Made by a program: the position numbers and the translations under genes. Source: Candidatus Desantisbacteria bacterium CG2_30_40_21 (GTDB lineage: Bacteria > UBA9089 > CG2-30-40-21). From it: DNA of 47,684 nucleotides. The notes beneath the pieces were generated by a model. The model saw only the letters and a list, made by a program, of their open reading frames with translations. It had not been told where the DNA came from and searched no databases. Shown in pieces: positions 33,289 to 43,547 of this stretch. Within the stretch, counting starts at the first letter, position 1. The number at the start of each line of letters is the position of its first letter. Location of the stretch: contig MNYI01000174.1 of NCBI GenBank assembly GCA_001873945.1, positions 1 through 47,684 on the forward strand. Direction: 5' to 3'.

Positions 33289-36200
33289 ATGTCCATAACT
33301 AATCTTGCTATAAAAAATCATCTAACTGTATTTGTATTAGTTCTACTAATTATTATTACAGGCACCATGGCTTATGTAACATTACCCAGAGAAGCAGCAC
33401 CGGATATCACCATTCCGTATGTTATCGTTCAAACCATGTATCTGGGGGTATCACCTGCTGACATTGAAACGCTGATAACTAATCCTATTGAAAAAAAGCT
33501 GAAAGCACTTGAGAATGTTAAAAATATTCGCTCAACCTCAGCAGATAATATGTCCATTGTAACTGTAGAATTCTTGAGCGGGACAGATATTAACGATGCC
33601 GTCAGAAAAGTAAAAGATAGGGTAGATCAGGCAAAAACAGATCTTCCTGCAGATGCTGAAGATCCGCAGGTCATTGAGATCAACCTGTCCAACATGCCGA
33701 TCATGGTCATTAATATTTCCAGTGATGCCGGGCTGATAAAACTAAAAACCATTGCTGATGAACTAAAAGACAATATCGAGGCAGTTAAAGGCATACTCGA
33801 AGTAACTATTGCGGGTGAGCTTGAACGGGAGATACTAATTCAGCCAGACATGGGTCAACTCAAGAAATATAAACTTTCTTTTGATACCATATCAAAGGCA
33901 ATTCAGGCAGCTAACATTAATATCCCTGGAGGCACAATTGATGTTGGGGGCTCAAAATATCTCATCAGAATACCGGGCGAATTCAAAAATACAAAACAAA
34001 TTGAAAACATAGTGGCAGATACTATTAATGGCACACCTATTTATATCCGGGACATTGCCAGAGTAATTGACACATTTAAGGAAAAAACCAGCTATTCCAG
34101 ACTGAATAATAAAGATAGCATTTCTCTGTCTATCCAGAAAAGGTCTGGAGAAAACCTTATTGCTATTGCAGATAAGATCAAAACCATCATAAATGAAGAA
34201 AAAGTCAATCTACCCTCTTCTACAAAACTCAATATTCTGGCTGACCAGTCCATAGAGATAAAAGATATGGTTAATGAACTTGAGAATAGTATTATGCTGG
34301 GATTAGTACTCGTAGTATTAGCCTTGTTCCTGTTTATGGGTATCAGAAATTCAATATTCGTGGCAACCGCTATCCCCTTATCAATGCTTATTTCGTTTAA
34401 TGTTCTGCAACTAATGGGGATTACGCTGAACATGGTCTGCCTCTTCAGTTTGATATTAGTTTTAGGCCGTCTGGTAGATGACTCAATAGTCATCGTTGAG
34501 AACATATATCGACACATACAGGAAGGATATTCCCGCATAGAAGCAGCCAGAATCGCCACACACGAAGTAGCCTGGCCCGTAATTTCTTCTACACTGACAA
34601 CGGTCGCAGCATTTACACCCCTTCTTTTTATGCCGGGGATCGCCGGACAATTCATGAGATACATTCCTATTGTGGTAATAATAACAATACTGGCATCCCT
34701 ATTTGTTGCATTGGTAATTAATCCGGTTTTCTGTGCTGTGTTTATGACAGTAAGCAAGAAAAAACGCACCCGTGATGAAAAAAGTGAGGTTTATGTTCAA
34801 AAAACAACCATTGTTTCTTTTTACAGGAAAGTGCTGATTCAAGCACTTGCCCATAAAAAAGCTACTATTTTATTGTCTTTACTTGCTTTTGTTTTTTCAA
34901 TTTGTTTATTCGGCATTGCCAACACTGGATTTGAATTCTTCCCTGCTACTACGCCAACAAAGGTATACATAAATATCAAAGCCCCTGATGGTGCTAATCT
35001 TCAATACACAAACCAGATTGTCAGCTCTATAGAACGGATCATGTTTAAGCATCCGAACATAGATAGAATAATTTCTACAGTAGGTTCACAAAACGGAGCA
35101 GGTCCCAGCTTTTCTCTTGGTGCAAGTAACTCTCAGCTTGGTACGGTTATTGCAGAATTCAAAGAGGTTGGGAAACGCACTGAAAGTCCGGTCAAAACCA
35201 TTGCCTGGATTCGTAACCGGATTAACAAAATACCGGGTGCAGAGATTGAAATAGTAAAGGAATCAATGGGTCCGCCAACCGGAGCAGCTATTGGGATAAA
35301 GGTATCTGGTAAGGATTATTTTGTGCTCTCAAACTACGCACAGCAAATAAAAAACATACTGCATAGCCTGCCAGGGGTAATAGATATTAAAGATGACTAT
35401 TCCAAGGGCCGACAGGAAATCATTATTGATATCAATAGAGACAAAGCGGCCCGGGTCAATGCTGACACAGCAATGATAGCCTCAATTGTCAGAGGAGCGA
35501 TTCAGGGCAGCAAGGTATCAGTCTATCGGGAAGGAAATGAGGAATATGACATCACACTTAGATTGCCACTGGAACAACGCGTTGACATCAATAATATCGA
35601 ACAATTAAATATAGCAGCCAAAGAAGGTATTCAAGTGCCGCTGGGCGAGATTGCCACAGTACGCACCTCTGGTGGTATCAATTCTATAAACCATTTTGAT
35701 TCTGACCGTGTTATAACCCTTCAGGCAAACCCTGCTGAAGGATACCTTGCTGCCGAAAGATTACAGGTAATAGCCAAAAAACTGAAAAATTTCAAGTTGT
35801 GGACAGGTTACAAGATTGGTTTTGTGGGCGAAAGTGAAATGCGGGATGAAATGGGAGGATACCTCAAAAAAGCCTTTGTCATAGCCTTGCTGCTGATTGC
35901 ATTGGTACTCATTACACAATTCAACTCATTGTTACTACCGGTTATTATCATGAGTTCTGTTTTGTTATCATTAATAGGGATCTTTCTTGGGCTGGTTATA
36001 TTCCATAGACCCTTCGGAATTGTTATGACTGGGATCGGAATAATCACGCTTGCAGGTGTCATTGTTTGTAACGCTATTGTTCTTATAGATTTTATTCAAC
36101 AGTTGCGGGCAAGAGGATTTGATAGATATTCGGCTGTCATTACTGCAGGGGCTGTCCGGCTCAGGCCGGTACTGCTCACTGCGATTACCACCATCCTTGG

Positions 36201-36453
36201 GCTCGTACCCATGACATTTGGTATTAATTTTGATTTCAAATTATTCTTTGCCAGCATTTTTTCCGGAAATCTGCTTGGTCTTATTAAGGTTATTGATCTT
36301 GGCGGTAAAAGTACTGAATTCTGGGGATCCATGGGCTCTGCGGTTACCATTGGTATGGCAACCGGTACTATCCTGACCCTTGTTGTCGTTCCCTCGTTAT
36401 ATATTATCTTTGATGATTGGCGTGAAAAAGCAAAATTGCTGGTTAATCGTTGA
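33289..36453 (+). CDS. RND efflux transporter permease (AcrB/AcrD/AcrF-type)
   Basis: 1054 aa with 12-TM RND topology, two large periplasmic loops and a conserved N-terminus ..LAIKNHLTVFVLVLLIIITG..LPREAAPDITIP.. Confidence 0.9.
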   Translation: MSITNLAIKNHLTVFVLVLLIIITGTMAYVTLPREAAPDITIPYVIVQTMYLGVSPADIETLITNPIEKKLKALENVKNIRSTSADNMSIVTVEFLSGTDINDAVRKVKDRVDQAKTDLPADAEDPQVIEINLSNMPIMVINISSDAGLIKLKTIADELKDNIEAVKGILEVTIAGELEREILIQPDMGQLKKYKLSFDTISKAIQAANINIPGGTIDVGGSKYLIRIPGEFKNTKQIENIVADTINGTPIYIRDIARVIDTFKEKTSYSRLNNKDSISLSIQKRSGENLIAIADKIKTIINEEKVNLPSSTKLNILADQSIEIKDMVNELENSIMLGLVLVVLALFLFMGIRNSIFVATAIPLSMLISFNVLQLMGITLNMVCLFSLILVLGRLVDDSIVIVENIYRHIQEGYSRIEAARIATHEVAWPVISSTLTTVAAFTPLLFMPGIAGQFMRYIPIVVIITILASLFVALVINPVFCAVFMTVSKKKRTRDEKSEVYVQKTTIVSFYRKVLIQALAHKKATILLSLLAFVFSICLFGIANTGFEFFPATTPTKVYINIKAPDGANLQYTNQIVSSIERIMFKHPNIDRIISTVGSQNGAGPSFSLGASNSQLGTVIAEFKEVGKRTESPVKTIAWIRNRINKIPGAEIEIVKESMGPPTGAAIGIKVSGKDYFVLSNYAQQIKNILHSLPGVIDIKDDYSKGRQEIIIDINRDKAARVNADTAMIASIVRGAIQGSKVSVYREGNEEYDITLRLPLEQRVDINNIEQLNIAAKEGIQVPLGEIATVRTSGGINSINHFDSDRVITLQANPAEGYLAAERLQVIAKKLKNFKLWTGYKIGFVGESEMRDEMGGYLKKAFVIALLLIALVLITQFNSLLLPVIIMSSVLLSLIGIFLGLVIFHRPFGIVMTGIGIITLAGVIVCNAIVLIDFIQQLRARGFDRYSAVITAGAVRLRPVLLTAITTILGLVPMTFGINFDFKLFFASIFSGNLLGLIKVIDLGGKSTEFWGSMGSAVTIGMATGTILTLVVVPSLYIIFDDWREKAKLLVNR

Positions 36454-36473
36454 TAATTCGTAACTGCTTAGGA

Positions 36474-36600
36474 GTCAAGAAAAAATAAGTTGTACACCAA
36501 GAGCCATGCAAGACGCTTGCCAGACTGTATGTAAGCGACGAACAACAAAGCCAGCCAAGATGGATCGGTGGCACGACTATACAAGTTATTTTTTCTTGAC
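36474..36600. mobile_element. MITE-like element, family B, copy 2
   Basis: Same TIRs as 7977-8127, about 24 bp shorter internally. Lies between the convergent RND and porB genes. Confidence 0.8.
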
Positions 36601-36829
36601 GACTAAAGGTGGATAGGCTGAAGGTTGTTAGACTGTAGGGTTTGCAGAATCGACTATGCTGTTACGAAACTAAAAATCAAGGGTATTGGCATACCACATA
36701 TGGTATCTGGCAAGGAAATGTGGACAACATATTGTGTGCCTCTCATACCAAATTTCTATTCCGTAACAGCCTGTCGAACAAATTCAGGGTGCAGTTTGCC
36801 CTGCCGTACCTCTGTGGTGATATTTCTCT

Positions 36830-37750
36830 TTACACCACACATAATCCCTGCAATTTCTCCCAATCCTGATCAACCCTTGCCTGAATCTCCGCAAGGATGC
36901 CTTCATTGCCCGACTTAAAAAGATGCTTAAACCGCACCTGTTTTTTCATCCAATCTATCACAGAGGTTTTTTCCTTGATCTTGTGGGTAATCTTATACTT
37001 GCCATCTTCCACCTCATAAAGTGGCCAATAGCAAGCTGTTATTGCTTCTTTCCCAATCTCAATTGTATCCTCTGGCGGATAACCCCATCCAAGACGGCAT
37101 GGGGTAAGAATATTGATAAATGCCGGACCATCTGTAGCAATTGCCTTTTGCACCTTAGCCATCAGGTCATTCCACATGCTTGGTACAGCCTGAGCAACAT
37201 AGGGTATATTATGAGCAATCATACAGGCAGTCATATCCTTTTTGAATTCCCTTTTGCCAAGGATTACCTTTCCAGCCGGCGAGGTGGTTGTGTGTGCACC
37301 CCTTGGGGTAGCACTTGACCTCTGGATACCTGTATTCATATAAGCACCATTGTCAAGGCAGATATAGATCATGTTGTGTCCCCGTTCCATAGCACCGGAC
37401 AGGGATTGAAAGCCAATATCATATGTCCCGCCATCACCGCCAAGGGCAATAAATTTAATATCCTTATCTACTTTACCCCTTTTCTTGAGTGCTCGATATG
37501 CGGTTTCAACCCCGCTTACAGTTGCTGCTGAATTCTCAAACGCAGAATGAATAAAGGGCACCTTCCATGCTGTGTATGGAAATATAGTTGTCGTTACCTC
37601 AAGACAGCCTGTGGCACACCCTATGACTACAGGCATATTTGCTGCCATTAATATCTGTCTGATAGCAATAGGGTGTGCACATCCAGCACATGCCCTGTGT
37701 CCACTAGAAAGTAGCTCTTGTTTTTTTGATAATTCTTTCAAGCTTGCCAT
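36830..37750 (-). CDS. porB: 2-oxoacid (pyruvate-type):ferredoxin oxidoreductase beta subunit (TPP-binding)
   Basis: GHRACAGCAHP.. and the TPP motif ..ALGGDGGTYDIGFQ... Confidence 0.9.
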   Translation of the reverse strand: MASLKELSKKQELLSSGHRACAGCAHPIAIRQILMAANMPVVIGCATGCLEVTTTIFPYTAWKVPFIHSAFENSAATVSGVETAYRALKKRGKVDKDIKFIALGGDGGTYDIGFQSLSGAMERGHNMIYICLDNGAYMNTGIQRSSATPRGAHTTTSPAGKVILGKREFKKDMTACMIAHNIPYVAQAVPSMWNDLMAKVQKAIATDGPAFINILTPCRLGWGYPPEDTIEIGKEAITACYWPLYEVEDGKYKITHKIKEKTSVIDWMKKQVRFKHLFKSGNEGILAEIQARVDQDWEKLQGLCVV

Positions 37751-37761
37751 AATAACCTCCT

Positions 37762-38937
37762 TTACTCTCTGACCCCAAGATATTTTATTGGTTGCTCAAT
37801 GTTTGTTGTAGCAGCAATCTCCTGCAAGTCTTTGTATACACCCTCTATTAGCTCTATATCCGTATCCCTTCCGCCAAGCCCATAGATATAATTAACCACA
37901 AGCGGTCTAATTGGCAAGTAATACATTGCTGATCGAATCTCTTCAAACACGGGTCCACCCATGCCATTTCCCCCATCACTCCTATCCATAACTGCAATAG
38001 CTTTAACATTTCGCAAAGCATCAACTATTTCCTTTTCGGGAAATGGCCTGAATACCCGTATCTTCAAAAGCCCGGCTTTTATTCCCTTTTCCCGCAGTTC
38101 ATCTATTACAACCTTAGCCGTGCCAGCGGTTGAACCAAGAACAACAATAGCTATCTCAGCGTCAATAAGCCTATATCTCTCTGCAAAATCATAATCCCTG
38201 CCAGAAACTTTCGCAAATTCCCTGCCTATCTCCACAATATGCGGCAAAGCCGTATTCATTGCCTCTATCTGTTGCCGTTTATGTTCAAAAAAGTAATCAG
38301 TAAAGTCAATAGCACCTACTGTAATAGGATGCTCAACATCAAGAAGTGTGTGTTGTGGTGTATATTCTCCAACAAATCCCTTCACCTCATCATCATTCAG
38401 CAACTCCATGGTTTCCATCCCATGGCTGATAATAAACCCATCTGTAGTAACCATTATCGGCAGGAGTGTCTTTTCTGCAATCCGCACAGCCTGAATCATA
38501 TTATCGTATGCCTCCTGAGCGTTTTCTGAGAATATCTGTATCCAGCCAGAATCTCTGGCACCCATGGTATCTGAATGATCGCAGTGAATATTAATGGGGC
38601 TACTCAAGGTACGATTTACCTCAGCCATAACAATAGGCAATCTCAATCCTGAGGCAATATAAAGCATCTCCCACATCAATGCCAACCCCTGAGATGAGGT
38701 CGAGGTCATTGTTCTCGCACCGGCTGCCGCAGAACCGATACAGACACTCATGGCTGAATGCTCGCTTTCAGTGGCAATAAATTCTGCATCTACCAAACCA
38801 TCTGCAACAAATGATGCAAATATCTGTACTATCTCTGTAGCCGGGGTTATGGGATAGACAGCAACCACATCAGGGTTTATCTGCCTCATCGCCTCAGCCA
38901 TGGCTTCATTTCCGGTCATAGCTACTTTTTTTGCCAT
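37762..38937 (-). CDS. porA: 2-oxoacid (pyruvate-type):ferredoxin oxidoreductase alpha subunit
   Basis: MTGNEAMAEAM...NPDVVAVYPITPATEIV.. typical PorA/VorA N-terminus. 391 aa. Confidence 0.9.
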   Translation of the reverse strand: MAKKVAMTGNEAMAEAMRQINPDVVAVYPITPATEIVQIFASFVADGLVDAEFIATESEHSAMSVCIGSAAAGARTMTSTSSQGLALMWEMLYIASGLRLPIVMAEVNRTLSSPINIHCDHSDTMGARDSGWIQIFSENAQEAYDNMIQAVRIAEKTLLPIMVTTDGFIISHGMETMELLNDDEVKGFVGEYTPQHTLLDVEHPITVGAIDFTDYFFEHKRQQIEAMNTALPHIVEIGREFAKVSGRDYDFAERYRLIDAEIAIVVLGSTAGTAKVVIDELREKGIKAGLLKIRVFRPFPEKEIVDALRNVKAIAVMDRSDGGNGMGGPVFEEIRSAMYYLPIRPLVVNYIYGLGGRDTDIELIEGVYKDLQEIAATTNIEQPIKYLGVRE

Positions 38938-39039
38938 TTTTCCCTCCTCTTACATTTTTTTGACAGGATTACAGGATTGAATAGGATAATCATCTTGTTT
39001 TTCCTGTATTTATTCCCCTTAGGGTCTGTCATGGGGTTG

Positions 39040-39336
39040 TTACCCTCTGAACTCTGCCTCAGAAACCATTTTTATGGCTTGAACCTTTGGCGGGCATTCC
39101 TTAGCACATATACCACAGCCCTTACAATGCTCAAGATCAAACCCAACTATTTTTTCATTCTCTACCATAATTGATGAATCAGGGCAATATACCCAGCACA
39201 ACAGACAATTTATACATTTTTCTGTATCCATAACTGGTCGTATGTTTCTCCACCCGCCGGTTTTATATTGCTCTGCTGTTCCCCCTTCCAGTATCAATCC
39301 ACCAATAGGCAAACCCTTCCATCCTGATGTTTTCAT
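39040..39336 (-). CDS. porD: 2-oxoacid:ferredoxin oxidoreductase delta subunit (2x[4Fe-4S] ferredoxin)
   Basis: CINCLLCWVYCP and CKGCGICAKECP. Confidence 0.9.
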   Translation of the reverse strand: MKTSGWKGLPIGGLILEGGTAEQYKTGGWRNIRPVMDTEKCINCLLCWVYCPDSSIMVENEKIVGFDLEHCKGCGICAKECPPKVQAIKMVSEAEFRG

Positions 39337-39350
39337 ATAAGCCTCCTTTC

Positions 39351-39935
39351 TTATTCCCCTTGCACTTCATCATATGCAACTTTGATGGCTGAGACATTGC
39401 TGTCTACCATTTCAGGTTTGGTCTTAAATTTCTTCTCCAACTTCCGCCGAGTATCCTCAACCATTCTTTCAAAGCTTATCAACCCGGTAACCTTAACCAA
39501 TGCCCCTAACATGGGGGTATTGGGTATCTCTCTGCCAAGGCATTTCTTAGATATACCGGAGGCATCAACCGTAAAAACCTTTCGTCCTGTAAGCTGCATC
39601 TCTGCCCTTACCTGTTGGGGAGATTTTTGTGTATTAATCAGTAATGTGCCATCCTCAGGTAACCCATTGGTAACATCTATTACATCCATAAGTGTTGGAT
39701 CAAGCACAGACACAATCTGTGGAGATTTGACCCCGCAGTGAAGGGTGATAGGTTTATCGCTCAATCGATTATACGATTGAACCGGAGCACCCATCCTTTC
39801 AGGCCCATACTCAGGAAATGCCTGTACAAATTTTCCTTCACCAAGGGCAGCATCTGCAAGCAAAATAGCAGCAGTTTTTGCCCCTTGTCCTCCTCGGCCA
39901 TGCCAGCGAATTTCAGTAAGTTCAGCCATACTCAT
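39351..39935 (-). CDS. porG: 2-oxoacid:ferredoxin oxidoreductase gamma subunit
   Basis: IRWHGRGGQGAKTAAILLADAAL..GK.VQAFPEYGPERMGAP. Confidence 0.9.
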   Translation of the reverse strand: MSMAELTEIRWHGRGGQGAKTAAILLADAALGEGKFVQAFPEYGPERMGAPVQSYNRLSDKPITLHCGVKSPQIVSVLDPTLMDVIDVTNGLPEDGTLLINTQKSPQQVRAEMQLTGRKVFTVDASGISKKCLGREIPNTPMLGALVKVTGLISFERMVEDTRRKLEKKFKTKPEMVDSNVSAIKVAYDEVQGE

Positions 39936-39980
39936 TCCTCCTTATATTCTTTCTCTTCATTGCGTCCTGAAACACAAAAT

Positions 39981-40009
39981 ACTATAGCACAAAAAATGAT
40001 AAAAAGCAA
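39981..40009 (-). promoter_or_regulatory. candidate extended -10 promoter for porGDAB
   Basis: On the minus strand: TTGCTT (40009-40004), 17-nt spacer ending TGc, TATAGT (39986-39981). Confidence 0.4.
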
Positions 40010-40084
40010 ACAATTTTTTAAGAATGCCCGAAGTTTTATGTCATCACGCCGGATTTATTTCTAAAAGCCTTCAGCCTATTCACC

Positions 40085-41413
40085 TTATTTATTTCTTGCA
40101 ATAACAAGATACGATAATATGCAAAGGGAGGCATTAGCAACAAGGCTGCCCAAGGCTATCCCCTTTATTCCCATATTAAGCACAATAATAAATAGATAGT
40201 CTGCACAAAGCATTGCCAATACAGAAACAATACAAATACCAAAAACAAACCTGAGGGTATTTTTTATTTGAAACCATCTGTAAAATATAGGCCATAAAAA
40301 TATAAATGGCAAACTTAAAACATAATATCTGGCAGCATCTACAGTAAGCATTAGATCTTCTTGCGAAAATTTACCGTATCCTAAAAGGAGTTTAATCAGA
40401 ACAGGGGCAAATACAAATATAACAATAGCAAAGAGAGAGCTTATTAATATTATCTTTTTTATATAAAAATTAAGCTTTCCTCTATCAGCACCAGCCTCTG
40501 AAAGGGATGTTATAACTATATTTTCTAATTTTAAGATACCCTTTGGCACTAAGGCTATCAGCAATCCATAAGACAGGGCTGTAATACACTTTGTTGGTAG
40601 CATAGAAGCAAAGATTTTATCTACAACTACAAAAATATGACCCACTCCATAAAGGGCTGTTAGATAAAAGAATTGCTTTAATATCTCTTTTGAGGTATTA
40701 TCTATGAAAAAGGCTACTTGTAGATGTCTTCTTCCTGCAAAAATCATATAGCCTGTTGCAATAACTTGAGCTATAGAAAATGATACAGGAATTGCCATCG
40801 GATTTTTATAGATTAATAATCCTATAACAATAAATATACTGGTAAACATTGAAAATATCAGTTCCCCTATAAAATACGGGGTAAACAATCTCTCGCTTCT
40901 CAAGATTGCCCCAAAATGATGAAAAAAGAAATTAAAAAATAGATACGGAAGAAGGAGATAGAAATAAAGTGCCAGATACCCTTTTTTATCCCCTGTCCAA
41001 CCAATAGCTATCTTTGAGATTAATGGATACGAAAAAATAGAGATTATCAAAAGAAGAACGGCAAGAATAATGGTAAAGGTAAGAAGGAGACTGCTTAATT
41101 TTAAAAACCTTTCCCTGCTTTCTTCTCTTGCCCTGACTAAATTGGGAACACCTATAGAATCAAAAACATCTGCAAAGGTAAGGAAGATACTTATCAGGGT
41201 TAAAGCCATGAAAAAGGCATCGGTTTGAGCATTAAAGCCGATTAATACAGCAATAGCTACATTTTTTACATACCCAAAACCTCTTGCAGCAATATTTATT
41301 GCCGATGACCGTAAAATAGCATCAAGAACCTTCTCCTGTTTCAATATAATGCACTCCATTTCGTGGCACTTGTTCAATAAAATGTGGAAATCTCGTGAAT
41401 ATGAAAAGCTCAT
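40085..41413 (-). CDS. MOP-superfamily flippase-like membrane protein (MurJ/MviN-like or polysaccharide flippase)
   Basis: 442 aa, polytopic. N-terminal ..SSAINIAARGFGYVKNVAIAVLIGFNAQTDAFFMAL.. resembles MurJ. Shorter than typical MurJ. Confidence 0.5.
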   Translation of the reverse strand: MSFSYSRDFHILLNKCHEMECIILKQEKVLDAILRSSAINIAARGFGYVKNVAIAVLIGFNAQTDAFFMALTLISIFLTFADVFDSIGVPNLVRAREESRERFLKLSSLLLTFTIILAVLLLIISIFSYPLISKIAIGWTGDKKGYLALYFYLLLPYLFFNFFFHHFGAILRSERLFTPYFIGELIFSMFTSIFIVIGLLIYKNPMAIPVSFSIAQVIATGYMIFAGRRHLQVAFFIDNTSKEILKQFFYLTALYGVGHIFVVVDKIFASMLPTKCITALSYGLLIALVPKGILKLENIVITSLSEAGADRGKLNFYIKKIILISSLFAIVIFVFAPVLIKLLLGYGKFSQEDLMLTVDAARYYVLSLPFIFLWPIFYRWFQIKNTLRFVFGICIVSVLAMLCADYLFIIVLNMGIKGIALGSLVANASLCILSYLVIARNK

Positions 41414-41496
41414 AAAGAAAGAAACATTTTAACACAAATCCTACCCATTGTCAAGAATAAAATCGACAGGTGTCAGTCCTCGGAGACAGAATTAAC

Positions 41497-41525
41497 TTGA
41501 CAAAATAAAAAAATATGGTATTATA
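41497..41525 (+). promoter_or_regulatory. sigma70-type promoter for trpC
   Basis: TTGACA (41497-41502), 17-nt spacer, ATTATA (41520-41525), within TGGTATTATAAA. Confidence 0.5.
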
Positions 41526-41560
41526 AAAGCTATTATGGAAATACCATTGAGGGAGAAAAA

Positions 41561-42337
41561 ATGTATTTAACTGAAATCCTAAAGCATAAAACCATAGAGG
41601 TTGCGGAAAGAAAAAACAATGTGCCTCTTGAGGTGTTAAAAGCAAAAAGCTATAGCCTTCTTGTAAGGCGAAGTTTTAAGACAGCTATTTCTTCGACTGA
41701 CGGGATTAACCTGATTGCTGAGGTAAAGAAGGCATCACCATCAGCCGGAGTTATTAGAGAAGACTTTGACCCTATAGCCCTTGCCATGGAATATGAAGAG
41801 GCTGGGGCAAAAGCCATCTCTGTGCTTACAGATGAAAATTTTTTTCAGGGAAGCATGGATATTCTTAAAATGGTAAGGGCAGCCGTTCATATCCCTGTGT
41901 TGTGTAAGGATTTTATAATTGATGAATACCAGATTTATGAGGCAGCCATAGCTGGTAGCGATGCCATCCTTTTGATTGCTTCTGGTCTTTCTATTGGTCA
42001 GATGAATAGGTTTATGGATATTGCACATGCCTTGCAGATGGATTGTCTGGTAGAAACACATTCTACCGATGATGTAGAAAAAGTACTTGAGACTAATGCT
42101 CTGATAATTGGGATAAACAATAGAAACCTCAGGACATTTATTGTCGAACCAAAAACAACCCTGATGCTCAAGGTATTATTACCCCATGGGAAAATAGTGG
42201 TAAGTGAGAGCGGTATATCGTCTCCGGAAATAATATCCCTTTACAGGGAAAAGGGGATTCATGCAGTCCTGATTGGAGAGGCATTGATAAGAAGTAACGA
42301 TATTAAGGCAAAAATAAGGGAGTTGATTGGCAGATGA
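41561..42337 (+). CDS. trpC: indole-3-glycerol-phosphate synthase
   Basis: LIAEVKKASPSAGVIREDFDP..A..YE.AGA.AISVLTD..FF.GS.., ..GINNRNLRTF.., ..SESGI. Confidence 0.9.
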   Translation: MYLTEILKHKTIEVAERKNNVPLEVLKAKSYSLLVRRSFKTAISSTDGINLIAEVKKASPSAGVIREDFDPIALAMEYEEAGAKAISVLTDENFFQGSMDILKMVRAAVHIPVLCKDFIIDEYQIYEAAIAGSDAILLIASGLSIGQMNRFMDIAHALQMDCLVETHSTDDVEKVLETNALIIGINNRNLRTFIVEPKTTLMLKVLLPHGKIVVSESGISSPEIISLYREKGIHAVLIGEALIRSNDIKAKIRELIGR

Positions 42338-42357
42338 CAAGCAATGTTATTATTTCG

Positions 42358-42505
42358 GTAGGACAGGCATTCTTGCCTGTCATCTGCAACAGGACGGGCA
42401 GAAATACCTGTTCTACCGACAATTCTGTTGATAATCGACACCATCTTCTCTATTCCCTTATTCCCCTTTGAACATAAGTTTTGCCATAATGAGAATTGCT
42501 GCAGC
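42358..42505. repeat. family H hairpins plus right half of the family C composite element
   Basis: GTAGGACAGGCATTCTTGCCTGTCATC (42358-42383) and a degenerate second hairpin. 42389-42505 is collinear with 17680-17777. Ends CATAATGAGAATTGCTGC. Confidence 0.65.
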
Positions 42506-42551
42506 AACAAATTCCTTGCTTTTCGGCTTATTTTATGATATTATAATTATC

Positions 42552-43547
42552 ATGATAACATACAAACATTTTCTCTCTGAATTAAAAAAATCCGAATTAT
42601 TGCCTGTTTATCTTTTGGCTGGTCCAGAGGAATATCTTAAGGAAGAATGTATTAAAATTATCAAGGGTCGATTGTTTACCCCTGGTGATTTGGTTGAGAT
42701 GAATCTTCAAGTAATCTATGGAGATACTAATCAGGCAGTTACAATAATTAATGCTTGCAAAGCCATGCCGTTTGGAGCAAAAAAAAAGCTGGTTATTGTC
42801 AAAAATTTCTCCAAGCTTTCTAAAGAGGATAAAACACAATTAACCCCATACCTTTCATCACCCACAATTCATACCTGTTTAATCCTTATTACAGAAAAAA
42901 TAGAAAAGGATGTTGTCCATGATGGATGTCAGGTAGTAAATTTCTACTCTCTTTATGAATCAGAGGTTAACGATTGGATTGGACAACAGGTGCAGAAATA
43001 TAAAAAAAAGATACGGACAGATGCCAGTCGTCTCCTTGTTTCTAAGGTAGGCACAGGCTTATCAGGATTATCTTCAGAGATAGAAAAGCTATGCCTCTTT
43101 GTAGGAAAAAAGGAACACATTGAGACTATTGATGTAACAGAAGTAGTAAGCAATAACAGGGAGGCTAATATCTTTGAACTCATGGATGCTATTGGACAGA
43201 AAAGGGCGCAGCAGGCTCTAAAGGCATTAAATGATTTGTTGTCTCAAAAAGAAGAGCCAGTAAAGATACTTTTCATGATAACCAGACATCTTCGTAACAT
43301 CTTCAAGCTAAAATTTCTACAAAAGCAAGGCATACCCACCGCCCAGATATGGAAAACACTAAAAATTAATTGGCCTGCTCAACAGACTTCACTGTTGAAA
43401 CAGGCAGAATTTCATCAAGAACAAGACTTAAGGAATGTATTTACCCTCCTTCTTGAGACAGATATCAGCCTGAAAAGTCAGGATCCCAAACTGTATTATA
43501 TAGTTATGGAGGTATTGATTTTCAGGCTTTGCCAGAAAGAAGGATAA
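42552..43547 (+). CDS. holA: DNA polymerase III delta subunit
   Basis: MITYKHF...L......PVYLLAGPEEYLKEE.. typical HolA N-terminus. The start is set at ATG 42552 because the ORF-track extension lies in the repeat. Confidence 0.8.
   Translation: MITYKHFLSELKKSELLPVYLLAGPEEYLKEECIKIIKGRLFTPGDLVEMNLQVIYGDTNQAVTIINACKAMPFGAKKKLVIVKNFSKLSKEDKTQLTPYLSSPTIHTCLILITEKIEKDVVHDGCQVVNFYSLYESEVNDWIGQQVQKYKKKIRTDASRLLVSKVGTGLSGLSSEIEKLCLFVGKKEHIETIDVTEVVSNNREANIFELMDAIGQKRAQQALKALNDLLSQKEEPVKILFMITRHLRNIFKLKFLQKQGIPTAQIWKTLKINWPAQQTSLLKQAEFHQEQDLRNVFTLLLETDISLKSQDPKLYYIVMEVLIFRLCQKEG

Noticed and set aside
34092-34769. 225-aa ORF antisense to the RND permease (likewise 4746-5306, 19706-20047, 6825-7277, 3104-3418 and other antisense ORFs in the track)
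   Set aside because: They lie opposite genes with strong family signatures, have odd low-complexity composition and no RBS. They are typical shadow ORFs of AT-rich DNA.
36601-36829. Structured-looking intergenic stretch with inverted repeat GCTGTTACGAAA / TTCCGTAACAGC (36658-36669 / 36759-36770) and small ORFs 36625-36918, 36642-36869
   Set aside because: There is only one short imperfect inverted repeat and no second copy in the window. The small ORFs lack an RBS and overlap the porB 3' end, so there is not enough evidence for an ncRNA or element.
39040-39336. Whether porGDAB might be a vor/kor (other 2-oxoacid) enzyme
   Set aside because: Substrate specificity cannot be decided from sequence inspection alone. 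It is kept as pyruvate-type 2-oxoacid:ferredoxin oxidoreductase rather than reported as a finding.
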